Shown here in pieces: positions 15,401 to 30,428 of a stretch of DNA of 64,000 bases. Each line of letters opens with the position of its first letter. The first letter of the stretch is position 1. The position numbers and the translations under genes are program-made. Under the pieces are notes generated by a model. That model did no database searches. It was not told where the DNA came from and saw only the letters and a program-made list of their open reading frames with translations. This stretch comes from Auanema rhodensis (lineage: Eukaryota; Animalia; Nematoda): assembly GCA_964057225.1 (NCBI GenBank), contig OZ059897.1, positions 8,742,001 through 8,806,000 of the forward strand. Direction: 5' to 3'.

Positions 15401-15856
15401 AACCAAGCGTAAGCTACAAATTATAAGAATATTGCCCAAACAAAGCTGCAAGGGAGATGGAGCACCAAAAAAAAAAGGGGGAGAAATTTTGATGCTCGAT
15501 CAAAATTGAAACAAAAAAAAAGCGATCTGACATTTAGTTGTAAAAATAAAAAATAGAAAAGGTTCCAAAGGGATGAAAAGTGTGTAATTTGGAAGCATAC
15601 AAAGATGTTTTCTTCAGTTTTGAAATCATATTTGACTTTAGTTTAGGGAAATTAATTACCTGGAACTGCGGTGTTGACGTCGAGTGCAGCTCGAAGACGT
15701 CCAGCAAAAACAGAAAATCGTTCGACATCACGTCTCATAGCCGGTGGTATCTGAAACAGATTCATCTTAATTTCTATAGATAATGAGTGATATTACCCGA
15801 CTGTCAATGATGAAGTCAGCATCGTTAGAAGAGCATATACTGCTCGTAGACGACAT
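3215..15856 (-). CDS. spv-1: F-BAR domain RhoGAP (spv-1 / ARHGAP29-ARHGAP45-GMIP family), 5' portion; 3' exons lie left of the window
   Basis: Phase-consistent GT-AG exons: 15856-15797 (MSSTSSICSSNDADFIIDSR), 15750-15660, 15209-15072, 14220-14133, 12589-12526, 8661-8580, 8176-8068 (DIDKLLISREDGLDIAFERTKAWS), 7974-7866 (YCKDLLAYIRARLQLEQDHARR), 7402-7295, 7223-7143, 7049-6867, 6812-6735, 3295-3215 (ERIIEKLRELIFQCDQTTKACTSHYFK). These are FCH/F-BAR motifs typical of this family. No C1 or RhoGAP exons were found in the window. Confidence 0.88.
6491..6544. repeat. (CT)n microsatellite
   Basis: Perfect TC array. Confidence 0.95.
7432..7489. repeat. (TA)n microsatellite
   Basis: Perfect AT array in an spv-1 intron. 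Confidence 0.95.
7691..7708. promoter_or_regulatory. ACGTGAAATTCACGT palindromic motif (spv-1 intron)
   Basis: Inverted repeat with 7-bp arms; related copies at 14352, 16301, 44885 and 48499. Confidence 0.4.
8821..8880. repeat. (CT)n microsatellite
   Basis: TC array. Confidence 0.9.
11174..11207. repeat. Perfect inverted repeat (15-bp arms, 4-nt loop)
   Basis: TATATGTGGACATTC-ATCA-GAATGTCCACATATA. Confidence 0.9.
13039..13057 (+). repeat. G19 homopolymer tract (G-quadruplex-capable)
   Basis: 19 consecutive G. Confidence 0.9.
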
Positions 15857-16433
15857 TTCGTCCGAAGACGGAAACGACGACCTGAAGAAGGGTGAGAGTA
15901 TCACTGAAAATGTTAAAAGATTAATAGATTCTTGGAATGCACGACAGAGTATGCTAAGAACGATGTTTTATTCAAATCTTAAGAACAATCAACTGAAAAA
16001 GGAAATAAAAATTACAAGAGAGAGAGAGAGAAAGAGAGAGAGAGAGCGAGAGAGCTGGAGCAAGTACTTTAACGATCATGATCATATGTATGTACATATG
16101 AATTTTCGATATAATAACACGATAACTAAAAAAAGAACAACAAAAAAAACAAAAAATGATGATGAAACATTAAAATATTTTGATATACCTACAGAAAAAA
16201 GTTGGAATAAATGCTATTGAGATAATCGTTCACGCCAAATATAGAAAGATGAATTGACTTGAATATACAGAACATGGACTATCTGTATTGAAAATCACTG
16301 ACGTGACATTTCACGGCCTTGTAGACTGTAAAAGGAGTCAAAAGATTGGCATTTTGAAACCATTAAGATGAATAAGTTTGACAGAAAAATGCTTAAAGAA
16401 AAGTGAAAAAAGATCATTTTTTAATATAAATAG

Positions 16434-16470
<37 letters not shown>

Positions 16471-18598
16471 ATATTTATAATACAAATATTTTTCAATATC
16501 CAGTGGCTATGGTTTACAGTGGGTTTAAAGAACCAATGAGAATTTCCATCAAATGATCATCTAGAGTGTTTTCCAAAAAATCAGCATTCAATCCAAAAAA
16601 GACAACATTAAGAATTTAAATGAAAAAAATTAAAAAAAACTCTCATTTCTCTTTATCTCTCAAGTCTTTTTCCCTTTTGAAGAACTCCTTTAATGGGAAG
16701 AGAGGACGATTCCGATACTAATTTTAGAAAAATAATTTAAAAAGAAAATTTTTGAAGAAATAAAAGAAAAAAGTGTGAAGGTGAAATTGAGTGATAGCAA
16801 GAGAATATGTATGTTTGTGAAGCGAACTGAATTTGAACAAAAAAAAGGAGAAAAGTCAGCATAGGCAGCAATGAGCTGACGACGACGAGAACGAACGAAC
16901 AGAGCCGGATTTCGATATGGTGAGAAGGAGGAAGTGAAAGGAAGCTTGCCAGACAGATATCTTTAAAGCCAGTCAAACAGAATAAAACAGCATGGATGAA
17001 ATAGTAAGGAAACGAATAGCCACAAATCGTCTGATAGAAATGACAATAGAGAATGAAAATGAAGTGAATCTTTGACGCAAATGTCGAGATTTGTGATTCT
17101 AAATTCAGTGCGTTTGAGAAGCAGGCTTCAACATGTTCTAACAAAGAAACCAATTTGAGATATGTGTTTTCTACTTCTCTATATTCTTTATCGGTTTTTT
17201 CGTTTTCGTCGTCATTTTCTTCGTCTTTTCCACAAATGGTTTTCCTCATTTATACATTGACATAGGTTTTAATTGAGTCCGCGGCTGGTCGACAAACGTT
17301 GGACGATAATGAAATCAGTTAGTTTGATGATCAGATTCGAGTAACATGGGCTTTGGGTAATAAAATTGTAGAATACATAGCTTGAATTGTTTTTTTATTT
17401 GATTTAATACTTCAAATTTGTTAATTTGAAGAGAATAAAGTAAAACAGATGTACATGCGTACATGTATGAATGAATGTGTATGTTCAAGTATGACAACTA
17501 TCATTACTTTTTCTATTCCTGAAGCTTTTTATCTTGATTTACTAACTAGTTTGAGTTAGTTTAGAGAGATTATAACTCAGTTATATGTATAAATATAAAT
17601 AGAATAAATAAATAGAATAGAATTTAAAACGTATGTGATAAATCTGATAAAAAAACGTTCAAACAGTCATAATGCTCATCAGAATCAGATCATCTAGGCT
17701 TATAGAGTTGTATGATATTACCGAAAACGTTCCATATCACGCTTGATTTGAATATATATTGTTCGAAAGTTTTATTTACTATTAGTCTATTTGCTGTTTT
17801 GTTTTTAAAAAAAATGGAGAAGAACAAGAACTCTCTTCTTCTGTTTCAATTAAAAAGTAAAAACAAAGCAATATTTGAAAAAGTTATTAATTCTTACATG
17901 AGGTTATAGAAACCTTGGGAGATGAACCTCATAGTACTCTCTCTCTCTCTCTCTCTTTTATTGTTTCTTTTATTATTTTTTTTTAAAGAAAAAAGTCTGA
18001 GGTAACATTATTTGAATGAATAATATTGATTTATAATATTATTTTTGTTAAGTTAGAAATAACAATGAAAAAATATAAATACATATGTATGCAGATATAG
18101 AAGCAAAAATATTTTTTTCTCACATAATTGAAGAATACAAAAGATTTTCGCTCATTTTTTATTGTCTAAATTTTCTTTTTAGAAAGATTTTAAAGATAAT
18201 ATTTTCTAATTGAAATAAAGAAAGTGAACTATTTCAATGGTTACACGAAAGCAATAAAAACATTTAGATGTACATTGATATCTGTTAAAATATTCTAAAA
18301 GATCGGAGTACTTTCAGGCAAATTGGTCAAGGTAGAAAAAACCTGTATAATTTTATAGAAATATATATAAAGAAAACATGAAAGCTTTATATTTAAAAAT
18401 ATAATGATGATAGAATAATGATAGTGAAATATCATAAATTTTGTTTCAAAAAGAAAAAAAAGCTGGCTTCATCGTTCTCTTCGTCATCATCATCTTCTTC
18501 TTTATCTTCATCTTCATTTTTCCTATTTTAGAGGCAAACGAATAACGCCGTATAGTGTGATATCTCTAGTGGCTTTTTAGATAATGATCTCAGAAATA

Positions 18599-18648
<50 letters not shown>

Positions 18649-21600
18649 GGAATACTATAGCTTTAAAGAGGTATGAGTATTTTACAAAAACATTTGTTTC
18701 TGAAGGACATTGTCATCATAAAAACCACCAAATACAGCACAAGAGCTTTGATATTGAACAAAAAAATGAGAAGAACAATCTGATTGGTTCAGTATGATTT
18801 TTGCTAATGAGGCGGCGAGGGGGAGGTAGATTTTGGCGATGCAGAAGATGGAACATGAAGACATGAAGCCAGCTGATACTGATACAAATAGTAGGGTAAA
18901 GAATATTTACTGTGAAATTGGACTAAAACATTAAAAACTTATTGTTTATTTTTAAAAATAATCGTAATTATTATAATTAGAATAAATAATTAGAAGAAAA
19001 TTATATTCATATTTCAAACTAAAGGAATAAAATGGTTCGGAGGAAACAATTCAGACCAACCGCCATAAAACGTCAAAAGTTGGTTATAAAACTTGAAACT
19101 ATGCACTAGTAAATGTTGTAAATAAAAAAATATATTTTGTAAAATAGAATAATGTAAATATTAGCATATGGAACCAGGTTAGGGGCGGAGGCATCATGTT
19201 AAATAGAGGGGGTTTTGCCACAGTGATAAGGGAGACACACGCTGAGATGCGTCCACGATATGGAGTTGAATATGGCCTTGAAGGCAGACAGGAAATCGTG
19301 CTTCTACGGAGTCATATAGCTTTGAAGCAGCATTATCAAGCAGATTGACGAATGTAAGAGTGGAACTTTAACATTGGGACAGAAGCCAAGCAGAGGCAAA
19401 ACATATGAATGCAGTGTAAGGGTATGTGTGTATATAACAACGAATGCATGAGTTGTTCAGAAAAAAGGTTCATGTTCAAATATTCTGAGCTTTTTTTCGA
19501 TGACATAGTCTTCTTCATCTTCAGAATAAGATAGAGTAGATAGAATAGAAGTTTTTCATAAGTTGAAGACACCTTGAGCGTGCCAATGTTTAGAGAAGAT
19601 ATTCAGATAGACAGACATGTCAAAGATAATTCTTCTGAAGCGAAAAAGAAAATTTACGATGAACGGCCATTTAAGGACAGGAAATGTTCATGCTTGATTG
19701 GGTTATGATTACGACGACGACGATGATGATGGTGATGACGATGACGATGACAACGGTATCGTTGTTGTATGATCATCGGCGGAAACTATAGGTGCGTTAA
19801 TCGGATTGGGTGACAAAAGCTAATTTAAGCTTAAATCATGATAAAAAAAAACGAAATGTTATGGCTGAATGTGATGACACTCGGCAGACAAGAGCCTGAA
19901 TTGAAGATTCAGGTTTAATAGGAAATTCTAAATGTCTGCCGTGGTGTATGGCCAGGTGCTATCTGCTGCTAAGCATTCATCTATATCGCTTCATTAGCTG
20001 AATGTCCTTAGTTCATATCGATATGAAAATCAGTCTTTAGCTGACAGCACTATTCGTTACGATATCGTTTGAAATCAATATGAATTCTGATGAATATGGA
20101 TGAATAAAACTGGCTAGAAACAGTCAGTTATAGCTTAATCAGAGAAGTTTGACGAGACTGACGGATGTTCCAAGTTATGTTACATGCAGATTGTCGCCTA
20201 ATATCCAATAAAAACTGTTAGATATTGAAAATATGAATTGAAATGAGCGAAAGAAGATGATTATTTTCCAGAAAAGAAAATTAGCTTTCTGGAGTAATTT
20301 AGCAGACGAATATAAAAAAACACAGAAAACCAAATAAGGATATATGGATAGAAGGGAATGAATGTGAATGTGATTGAAGAAACAACGAGAATCAACCGCT
20401 CATTGCATTTGCATGTAAAGAAATGAGCGAAGAACATACTGACAGGACTGAAGATTTGCGTGTAATGACACGTGAAATTCTAATAGCTTAGATGAAGATC
20501 CTATTCATCTCGTTTTAAGAATAGTTTTATAGACCTTTAAAGACTCAAGATACGCAAGAAATGATAGTAATCCATGTATCAATGATTGGTAATTAACTTA
20601 TATATACTACATGTATGTATATCAATATAATATATCTAGTTACTAGTAGTTATATCAAACGATATGAGATTGTTTTGTTTTTCAACAAACACAATACCAA
20701 TTTTCTATTATTGAACTATTGTTTATGGATAAAATATAAATTATAATTAAGTATAATCAATGAATATGAAGTTTTTTTTTGAAGTTCTTAGAAAAACAAC
20801 AGCAGAAACACTGAACAGCATGCTTATGAAAAGAGGAATAAAGTTTAGAACAATGTAAATTTTCATTGAAGATTTGAGAAAAAAAAATAATCGAAAGAAC
20901 AATAATTCCGCTCCGAACAAAGTAGGACATGAAAGCTGATTAAAAGGTTTTTTTTCTCTCGCAAATCAGTTGATAGAATAAAGACATTTCGAAAAACATA
21001 ACAGAGAATTAATTAGGTAAAATAGCATTGGCCGTCACGGCCATTTGCACTGACAAGGCGAGGTTTGAAGGTAAAAAAAAGTTTTCTTTTACAAAATAAA
21101 TTGTTTTTTTTCTCATACGATTCATAAATATTCGAGCAGATTCACGGGAATGTCAGATCATATTAGTTTATCATGATAAACGATGTTCAAATAGAGAGAG
21201 AAAGAGAAAGAGAGAGAGAGAAAATGAACAAGAGGACAAGTTTTATTGAAATTATCTATATTAAGAGAGTATTTTTCGAAGCTGACCGCAAAATTCTTTC
21301 TAGCTCAGGTATCTTTTTTTATAAATGAATTAGCTGGAATGGATACAAGAGGGAAAAGACTGAGAGAACAAGAGAAATATGATAGATGATATTTCAAGGA
21401 AATTGTAGCTGGAACTAGGGAACACGTATGCAAAAGCTTGAGATATTGGAAGGTTGGCTGGGAGGCGGGAAGGGGAAGATATGCTGGAATATGTGTGAGT
21501 AAAATAACACAAAATAAACTTTAATGATACGAAATTGATTATAGTAAAGGACATGAAGATGGAAATAGATGGTTCAAAAAGGGCAAACGGAGATGAGGCT

Positions 21601-21857
21601 GGAGTGTTGAAGACGTACAGATAATATGAAAAACAACGAAAACGAAGAGAAAATGCTGTAATGACTAATCGGATGACACAGATGAGATGGACGAAAGGAA
21701 GAAACCGAGATGTATAAGGAAATGACCAGATAGCATGCATAGAAGGTGTGAATATTTCAATAGAGTCTTTGAAATATACATCGAGAAAGAGAAAGGAGGG
21801 TAAAAAAGGAGATAGAAAGAGAGAAAGGGAGAGAAGGAGAGAAATAGAAAGAAAAAA

Positions 21858-21863
<6 letters not shown>

Positions 21864-21905
<42 letters not shown>
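21864..21905. repeat. (GA)n microsatellite
   Basis: Perfect GA array. Confidence 0.95.
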
Positions 21906-21908
<3 letters not shown>

Positions 21909-24855
21909 GACAAAGAAGAAAAAAATATGAGGAAATAAGAGAGTTAAAAGTAAGTGAAACAACAGAAAAATGAATATACATATGTATATGAAACAATCTT
22001 CCAACTTTTGTTATTTAAAAAAAAAATAACATACAATGATGTCAATTACATAGTATATAATCAGAAAAATGTAAAATATTGACGAAAATTGTTAGAATGG
22101 AATTCGTAATATAATACTTCTTTTCGAAGAGACAAAATGATACGATGCTCAATAACATAGAAGTTTCTTAGCTATATGTATATCAGTTGTCATAGATGGT
22201 GGCTACTAGCTTGTTAAGCTTCGGGAGCTATTGGTATGCAGAAGAGAAGAATAAGGTGTTTAGTGTAGAGGTACGAGAGGTGAGAAGCACAACGATGAAA
22301 GAAGAAAGGGCTAGCCGATATGTAAAGTTAGTGGTTGTGGTCAATGCTATTCGTATATTATCTTTTATCTATCACACTTGTGCTACCTACATATATCCAT
22401 ATCAGATATCTTTCTTATCTCTCTTTCTTTCTTTGTATCTCTCTCTCTCTCTTTAATTCATTCTTTTTACCAATCTCTCGTGTTTTCTCTCTATTAGTCT
22501 CTCTATAACAGTCTGTTTTTCTCTTTCTATATATTCATATATCTCTCATATTTCAACGAAGTATTTTCATTTCTGTTCATCTTTATAATCACATAATTTA
22601 GAATATTACAAAAAATAGAAATAATAATAATAAATAGAATAGTTTTTCAGTCAGCATATTCGAAATGAAAGAGAAAAAACTAGGAAAATCTTGTTAAAGT
22701 TCGGGTCAAAGCTGAAATGCTAATAGAATAACATTGACAAGACCACCTTTTGAGCTCTTTCAAGTGATCAACGAAAGGGATGATTGTACTTAAACCATTT
22801 GTTTTTCAAAAAATTCAAACAAACTATAGATGGAGATCAAATTTTTAAACTGATTAGCTTGAATAATATTAAGATAAAAATGGGAGGAGAGAACTGATTA
22901 TCCTGAATGAGATGAAGACGATGATGCCGATTATAGTGATGAGATGTGGTCATTCATTCAGTATGTATAGAGAGTTTGGAAGATAGTTTGATTGTTAGAG
23001 GGGGGGAAGTGTGTAGATGTAGAGAGAGTTGATACTGATGATGATGATGATGATGATTGTGATGGTGGTCGTCGGAAGAGAAAAAAGTGAATTTATCAAG
23101 TAATTAGAGAAACGGCTAGGGAAGTGGACCGGATTAGTGACTTCTTATGGTATTTGCTTGTTCTAATATAGAGAAACAATGCAAAAAGAGAAATGGGATT
23201 AATAAAGAATGACTAGATAATTAACGAAATCACACATGAAGGAGCAAAACGTGTTTCTTCATCTCGTCCTCGCTTTTGCTACTAATATATATGAAATTAT
23301 GAAAAGATATAAAGAAATTGAGAAACAAGATGAGGCATAAGCTTGGTTACAAGGTTTGATGGCAATGTCAAGCTGTAGATTATAGATTATCTTTAGTTAA
23401 TTACTATTTATAGTTAATATAATCACTTAAAAGGGTAAGTACATTAGTTTAATAAGAAACGAACAACTAAAAAACTTGACAGAAGGGGGAAGGGTTTTGT
23501 GTTAAGTGTTTAGGTGGTCAGAGAGTGAAACCGAGAAAGAGAGAGAGAGAGAGACATGATTGGAAGAAATCGGAAAGGCCAAGGCACTCGCCGATCATCG
23601 TTTGGATTTAGCGCTGAAATGAGGGTAGCAGCCTAAACGCATGGCGATATAAGGAAAGGTAATTTTTTTTCTCCTTTGAAGAAACTCCCAAACGGAAAAA
23701 TGATGCCAGTTCTTTGTCAAACGACATTTCACAGAAGATTCTAATGACGTTCAAGATCGAAATACCCCCCATCAAACGGCCATCATCTGCTACAAACAAT
23801 CTGACTGCTGAGATGTTGACAATCAGAAAACAGCAAGAGCGCATTTCGGTCCAACCTGAGCGGCGAACGTCAAGCACGAAGATGAAGATGTTTCTAAGGT
23901 GGCGAGAAATATATTGAAATATAAAGAATGATGAATGTGAAGAACGATGAAGAGAGAAAGATGGAAGGAATGGGGGGAAGATTCAAAAGAGACAGAGAAA
24001 GAGCTACAGAGAAAGAAAGAAAAGATGCGAAAGTTGAAATCTGGGTTCAAGCTCGCAAGTTCACCTAAAGCTTGAACGCATATTATCCAATGAATAGATA
24101 GATATCGTGAAATGTGTGCTTATTGCCTTTTGTTCCTTTGACATTCTTCTAATTTGATTTCGAAAAACGAAATATTCTGAATGACAAAAGAATTAAATGA
24201 AAGAGAAATAAGTAGTGAAATCTATCTGGACTAATTAAGGATAAAGTTGAATGTAGACATGTAAAACAGGCTATACCTATGTATAGATGAATGAGACAAG
24301 TTATAGTTACAAGCAATATACAGACATACATATGTATGTCTAATCAATCATATATTCCAAGTAAAATATATAAATTTCTATTGAAATTAAATATATAATT
24401 ATATTTTATATAAGTTATATAATATGGTTCATATAAGTTATGTTGATCTCGACTATATGGTATAGTACATCAAGTTGTAAAAACACATTCAACCTATTGT
24501 AAACTTGCATATAAAGGAGGTAAATAGGTCTACAAATTTTTCGGTCAGCCTTAGAAATCGTGAGATGAGAGACATAATGAGTAAATATAATTAAAATAGT
24601 TTTAAAGGGAATTTAAAAATGAAAAGATGCATTGAATTTTGGAATATATTTCTAGATTATGATTCGAAAAGTTAAAAAAGAGTTGAATCTAGTCGTTAGC
24701 TGTCTAGCTCGTCGATACCATATCATGAAAAGTTGAAAGCAAAGTGAAGGAAAACGTTTTTAAAAAAAAAATTATTGCTCAAATTCTATAAACCGGAAAC
24801 TGTGCTCATTCTCTCACTCTCTCTTTCTATCAAGGCATCTCTCTTGATGCATAAC

Positions 24856-25007
24856 TGGAGACCGGATTGGTTAGGCTGTGCAAGGGAAATGTCCAGGAAG
24901 GGTCTTGACGGTATGTCCTTTTCCGGAATGTGATGGTTGACTAACAGAGGAAATCTGACTACGTGCTGAAGGCTGTAAGGAAGAGCGGAACGATTTGCAG
25001 GGCCCAT
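24856..25007 (-). CDS. Candidate alternative upstream first exon of the F-BAR RhoGAP (MGPANRSALPYSLQHVVRFP...)
   Basis: TTTAG acceptor 3 nt before the ATG and locally higher GC. The 152-nt exon ends in phase 2 (CA|GTTATG), matching the acceptor at 15881 that opens the MSSTSS exon in frame. The donor is weak. Confidence 0.35.
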
Positions 25008-27564
25008 TGACTAAATTCATACGGTTGAAGCAACAAGCGAGAAAAAGGGAGATGAGACTAGTACAGACGTTTGCATTGAATAGATGTAGTAGAACTTGGA
25101 AATATTATTAACTATATACATATATGTATAGCTAAGGCATAAATTAGAAAATGGCATTATATAGTTAAAGATAATGAGCAAATTTTCGTATTTATTCAGA
25201 AGATAGTCTATGGATAGTTTGCGCAATTTGCTAAGCGAGACAAACGCGGTTAGAAAACGAGATAGATTTGACAGGACTGGCTTTGATCTCTCCTCAGTTG
25301 TGGAGGATTGACCGCAGAATTACATAGAGATAAATAGAGTTTGTCTCAAATTTATTCTTCTGTTGTGTCTTTTTTGAAGAATGTTATGTTTCTGAAAGCT
25401 TTGAAAGCATCTGAAATGAAGTGAAATGGATGAAAGTTTGGATTGAATCAAGTAGGACTAAAGCTGATTCATAATCATTTTAATTGAATTCCACTCGAGA
25501 CTATTAAAAAAATAAACTTTCTATGTCAAAAACAAACTCTCATTCTCATATATAACTTGAAAAAAAAAAGAAAAAAAATTAACATAAATGCGTGAAGAAC
25601 GCTTCTTGACGTCAGCCTACATCTTGCTCTCATTCTCTCAACTTCTGAGGATGGCGCCAGTTGAATAGCATTGATGGCGACGATAACAAGTATTTGTGGT
25701 TGTCTATATTAGAAAATTGCTTTTTCAAACATTTTTTTGAATACGAATAGGAAGAGATGTAGAAGAACATGACGAAGAATAAGAAGAGAATAAAGAAAAA
25801 TGAGAAGGAAGAGATGGATAAGAAAAAACATTTCAGATGACTTTAGTTTATTTTCTATTATTTCGTTTGTTCTTTATACGTAAATAACATATTCTCATGC
25901 ATTTTCATCAGAAATGAAGAGATTTGTCGGTCAAAAACATAATACAGCAGTTGCTCTATTCAGCAAGTTTAAAAAAGTGAGAGAAAAAAAAAGAAAAAAA
26001 AGAAGATTTCTTGTATATTTGAGTTATTTTGGAATAAAAAAGACAAAAGAAATAGATGACAAGCAGTAATGAATTGAGAGATAAACTTTGAAAATGCGGA
26101 TGAAATGCACATTATTCTTTTATTCAATTTTAAGAAAGTTTATTACAGAATTTTAAGTATTATCATGCACTGATAACATGTAGACAAGCAGAATTTCTAA
26201 TGAAACCTATTCTAAACATTCATGAATATGATAAAAGATTTGAAAAGCAAAAATGCTGAAGATCAAGTGCCAGTTTTTTCGTATTTAAATCATCTGACTG
26301 CAGGTTTTTTTGACAAGAAAATCAGATAAAACGAAGAGACCACCCCATGCCGTGTGGATGAGATACATACATGTGTACGTTGACATTTTTTTCTCTTTTT
26401 TCCTTCCTTTTGATCGAGAGCCGACAAAAGGATGTTGTGAAAAGCAGTTGATCTCGTAAACTAATGCAATGTTTCTGAGATTTCAATTGTAATCAGCATT
26501 ATATTGCTTAATAAACTTAATGACTGTACAAAATGAAAAGAAAATTTGAGACGAAAAAATGCTGAAAATGAAAGTGAATTTTCAACTCAAATCAAGATAA
26601 TTGTGCCTCAGATCAAATAGCTAATAAAAATGATAATTATTTCAATCAAATCTGTTTAAGTATGATGAAATTAAAAAATAAAACTAAGACATAAAAGCAA
26701 ATAGATGTATGCATGTTTCACAAATACATTACATTACTCAAGAAAGAATACTTTTAGATAGAAATCTAAAATTAATGGTTTAAACAACCACAAACAAAGT
26801 TTTTTAAATGGATAGCTTCGATAAAATAGAAAATAGAAATGGTTCAACAGAAATAGCTGAAGAAGATCGGAAAAACAGCAGACGATGGATGACTTAGGTC
26901 AGAACAGACACTTTGTGTCAGCTGGCTGTGCCGTAAGCAGCAGGTCAGTTTATTCAGGATGGCAAAGTAATTTTGAAGAAGCAGCTCTCTTTTGATTTTT
27001 CTCTTTCTCTCCATCTCTTATATTCATTTATTTTAAATCTGTCTCTGACTGTCTTCATCTTTCTGGATCTCTTAGGTTATTTCACGTAGATTCATAGTAC
27101 TTACCTTACAATCTCTCTCAGAATTTCTTTCTATCTCTTTACATACTATGAACTACCTTTCCCTTTGTGTCATTTCTCTGTGTTGCATTGTGACCTCAGG
27201 AAGCTGATTGATAGTGTAAGAAACTATAACCAGGACGTTCATCTGAGTGTCAAATAGCGGATAGATTTCTGTCGTCTTCCTGTTTCTAAGAGCGTACATT
27301 GACAATGGTTTACCAACTTGGAAAAGTTGGAAAAAGTTGATGAGAATGGAAAAAAACAAAACGATCATTTAAGAAAATGAAAGTTAAATATTTAGAATTT
27401 CATTATATTTATAGATACGGATAAAAGAAAAACAACAAGAAATATCTAAAAGTTAAAACAACGGTGAAGTAAAGATGGCTGATGATTACAAGTAAAGATG
27501 ATCGAGAGACCAAATCAGATGAGAGAGAAAGGAAAAGAGAAAGAGACTTAAAGAGAGAGAGAGC

Positions 27565-27606
<42 letters not shown>

Positions 27607-30428
27607 TGTAAAGGAAAAAAGAGGAAAAAGTTGGTACAAACTGACAAACAATCTCATATTATTGATATGAGCAGAACACAACCAGTAGGGTTAGATACGT
27701 AATATTCACCTGTGTGCTCATCCTTATGACGAGAGAATTCAAAGAGATGCGCAAGAAAACTACCGACGTCCAAACCAATTTCACATATTCAATTTTCGTT
27801 GAAAATTGAAATTCTTGAGGTTTGCAATACAAATTTAATAGAAAGAAAGTACCATTCCAAGAGTGTACAGGTGGAAGAAAAACGGGAAGAAAGCATGAAT
27901 TTTCTAATATTGATGACAAATTCATGAAATCATAAGGAAACATGACAGAAAATCGAATAAACTTCTGAGATGATTGAAACGAAACGGAATCATTCTTCTC
28001 GTTCATTTTTGAAAATAGAAGGTGAAAATCAAAATGTCTGCAACAAACTCATAGATGTAAAATATGGCTGAATAGCTTAGTTGCGATACCGCTTTCTGTT
28101 GCAAAAAATTGAAATTTTGTCGAAAAAATTGAGGTGAGTATAGTTGCAAGTTATTTGGTAAGAAAATACCGAAAAAAGAGAGAAAGAAAGAGTATAAAGG
28201 GAGAAAAGAGAGAGAGGAGGGGGGAATAGGAGGGAATGCAGTTGAAAGAGAAAAGAGAAAAGAGATCTAAGAAATCGGTTATGCAGAACCAAAAATGAAT
28301 AAATTCGTTTGAAGAGTGTGTTTCTATAGATTGAGAGAATAGCATCGCATAAAGACATTTGTAATTATGTAAAAATGGAAAGAAATCAAAGGATGAAAAT
28401 GTGATTATTGAATAAGATGATGACATGACGTAATAATATCAATTGTAAACACCGGTAATACTTTTGAAAATAAACATAAAAATATGAATATCAAACTGAA
28501 AAAAATATAAATTTGATGGACATATATCAAACTTATACAAATCTTTTCATATTCCGATTTTATCAGCATATTTTACTGAAATAAATTAATAAAAATGAAT
28601 AAATATTGATATGATGTAGCTTAGAATCTTTCAGCTAACTCTTAGAGTGCTATATGTGAGCATAAGGAAGAGCATCAGCCACATGAAGATGGGCTTGAAG
28701 TGGCCGAAGAAGCATAAGAGGTCATAGACAAGCCTGAAATAGTCCGATCTAGCTTCTATCTCTCTCTCTCTCACACTCACTATTATCATCGCCAAACAAC
28801 TTCTTGCAGAATAACAGGGGGGTGAAGACGGTTTCTGCTTTTTTCTTTTCTCTCAAGAGCAGTTGAAACTGCATGTAAAAATCGTCTGTGTAGAGATATT
28901 TGAAGGAATGATCTCATATAGTCGGAAATATGAAAATAAAACGTTTTGGCATTTAATGCTTGCTGTTCACAAGTGAGATTCTGCGATAATTTGTGATTTC
29001 GATGTGATGAAAATCTCTTGAAAAGTGATAGAAAATGTGTTGGCTCATTTCCCTTGAGTTTTCCGTAAAAAATACTCAGAATATCTTCAAATGAATTGAG
29101 GATTCGTTAGAAACAGCATCAGGAAAAGCTGATTGTGAGACGATTTCTGACGTGTAAGCATTGAAAAACAAAGAAGACAGAAAATTAAATAACAAAACAC
29201 AAAATGGAAAGTTATGAAGCTGAGTGAACATTGTCAGCTTGAACGTCAAGCTTGAAGCTCCATGACGTTTTCAACGGAGTGATGGTTTCATTACGTAAAG
29301 CAAATTCACATAAATTCAAATTATTTCATATTATTTTGTAAAATTATCATCAGAATCAATCAGAAAAAATAATTTTCGGTAAACTGAACACAAAACTGAA
29401 ATATTGAGAAAAAATAATTTTGAAACGGTATTGAAAATTGCAAAAATAAAAAGTTAAAAAGAAAATAAGAAAAGTAATACTGAAATGTGTTGATAGAATG
29501 ATGAATCAAACTTCATTATGATAATCCAGACGTGTGTGGAACTGATCTAACACAAGGCTCTTAGAAATCCACATTATCTCAGCATCAAACTAAACCTGTT
29601 TCTTCGGTTTCTACATGATTAATGTTATAATAACAAATAATTTGTAAAGTATAGCTTAAGAAGCATATCCGGAATGTCAGCACTATCTTCATACTTCACT
29701 AGAAATCGATCAGTAACAAACAAGACAATGATGCATTGTATGTTGCAGATACACGAATAGACGACAGTAGTGCTCAGTGAAAAAAATGAAAAAATATGTT
29801 GAATGTGCATTTCTTTTCATTTACTAACATACAGATAATAGATAACATAATTAAATAAATAACATTTTCGTTAAACGTAAGTTCCTCGTTTTCTTATTTG
29901 AATGATCAAACGAAGATACATCCTTCTTCCTTCACGTCCGTCAGAAAAACATTATATTACTGATAAGGAGAAATCTTCGGTTAAAATATTTCAAAGTATA
30001 CTTTAAATTATCAAAAAAGTAAATAAATGTTGACATTTGAATGTTGTATGATTTGAGGTTCTCTACTCTTCATTATTTTTCTTCCATCTTTTTTTAAAAC
30101 AAAAGATTAAATGTTGGTATAGTATAACAAACCTTAGCCTAGGATTGAAATCGTGCGTGTTACAGATAGTTTCATTCATTACACCTCTTTCTCTATTTGA
30201 GTTTCTGATTACATTGAAAACTGTTCAAAAACCAGCAAAAGCATTCCAATTTCTATGTTTGCATCCGAAATAACAATTTAATTTCAGTGGGTTATTGAAG
30301 TAACCCACAAGTCTTTCATCTGTCAATTGATTAAAATATAAAAAAATTTATTCTAAGTATATAAATACATTATACATACACGTTTACAGAGCCTTATGAA
30401 ACAGGAATTCCAATATCCAACCTCCTTG

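Noticed and set aside
15783-16220. 145-aa plus-strand ORF
   Set aside because: Antisense shadow of the spv-1 first exon running into a GA repeat.
16737-17249. 170-aa minus-strand ORF
   Set aside because: Compositionally biased (F/L/S-rich), with no recognisable homology and no suitable donor identified.
21330-22004. Longest ORF in the track (224 aa) and many similar SLSLSL/RERERE ORFs
   Set aside because: Produced by (CT)n/(GA)n microsatellites and pyrimidine-rich, stop-poor strands; no domain or splice structure.
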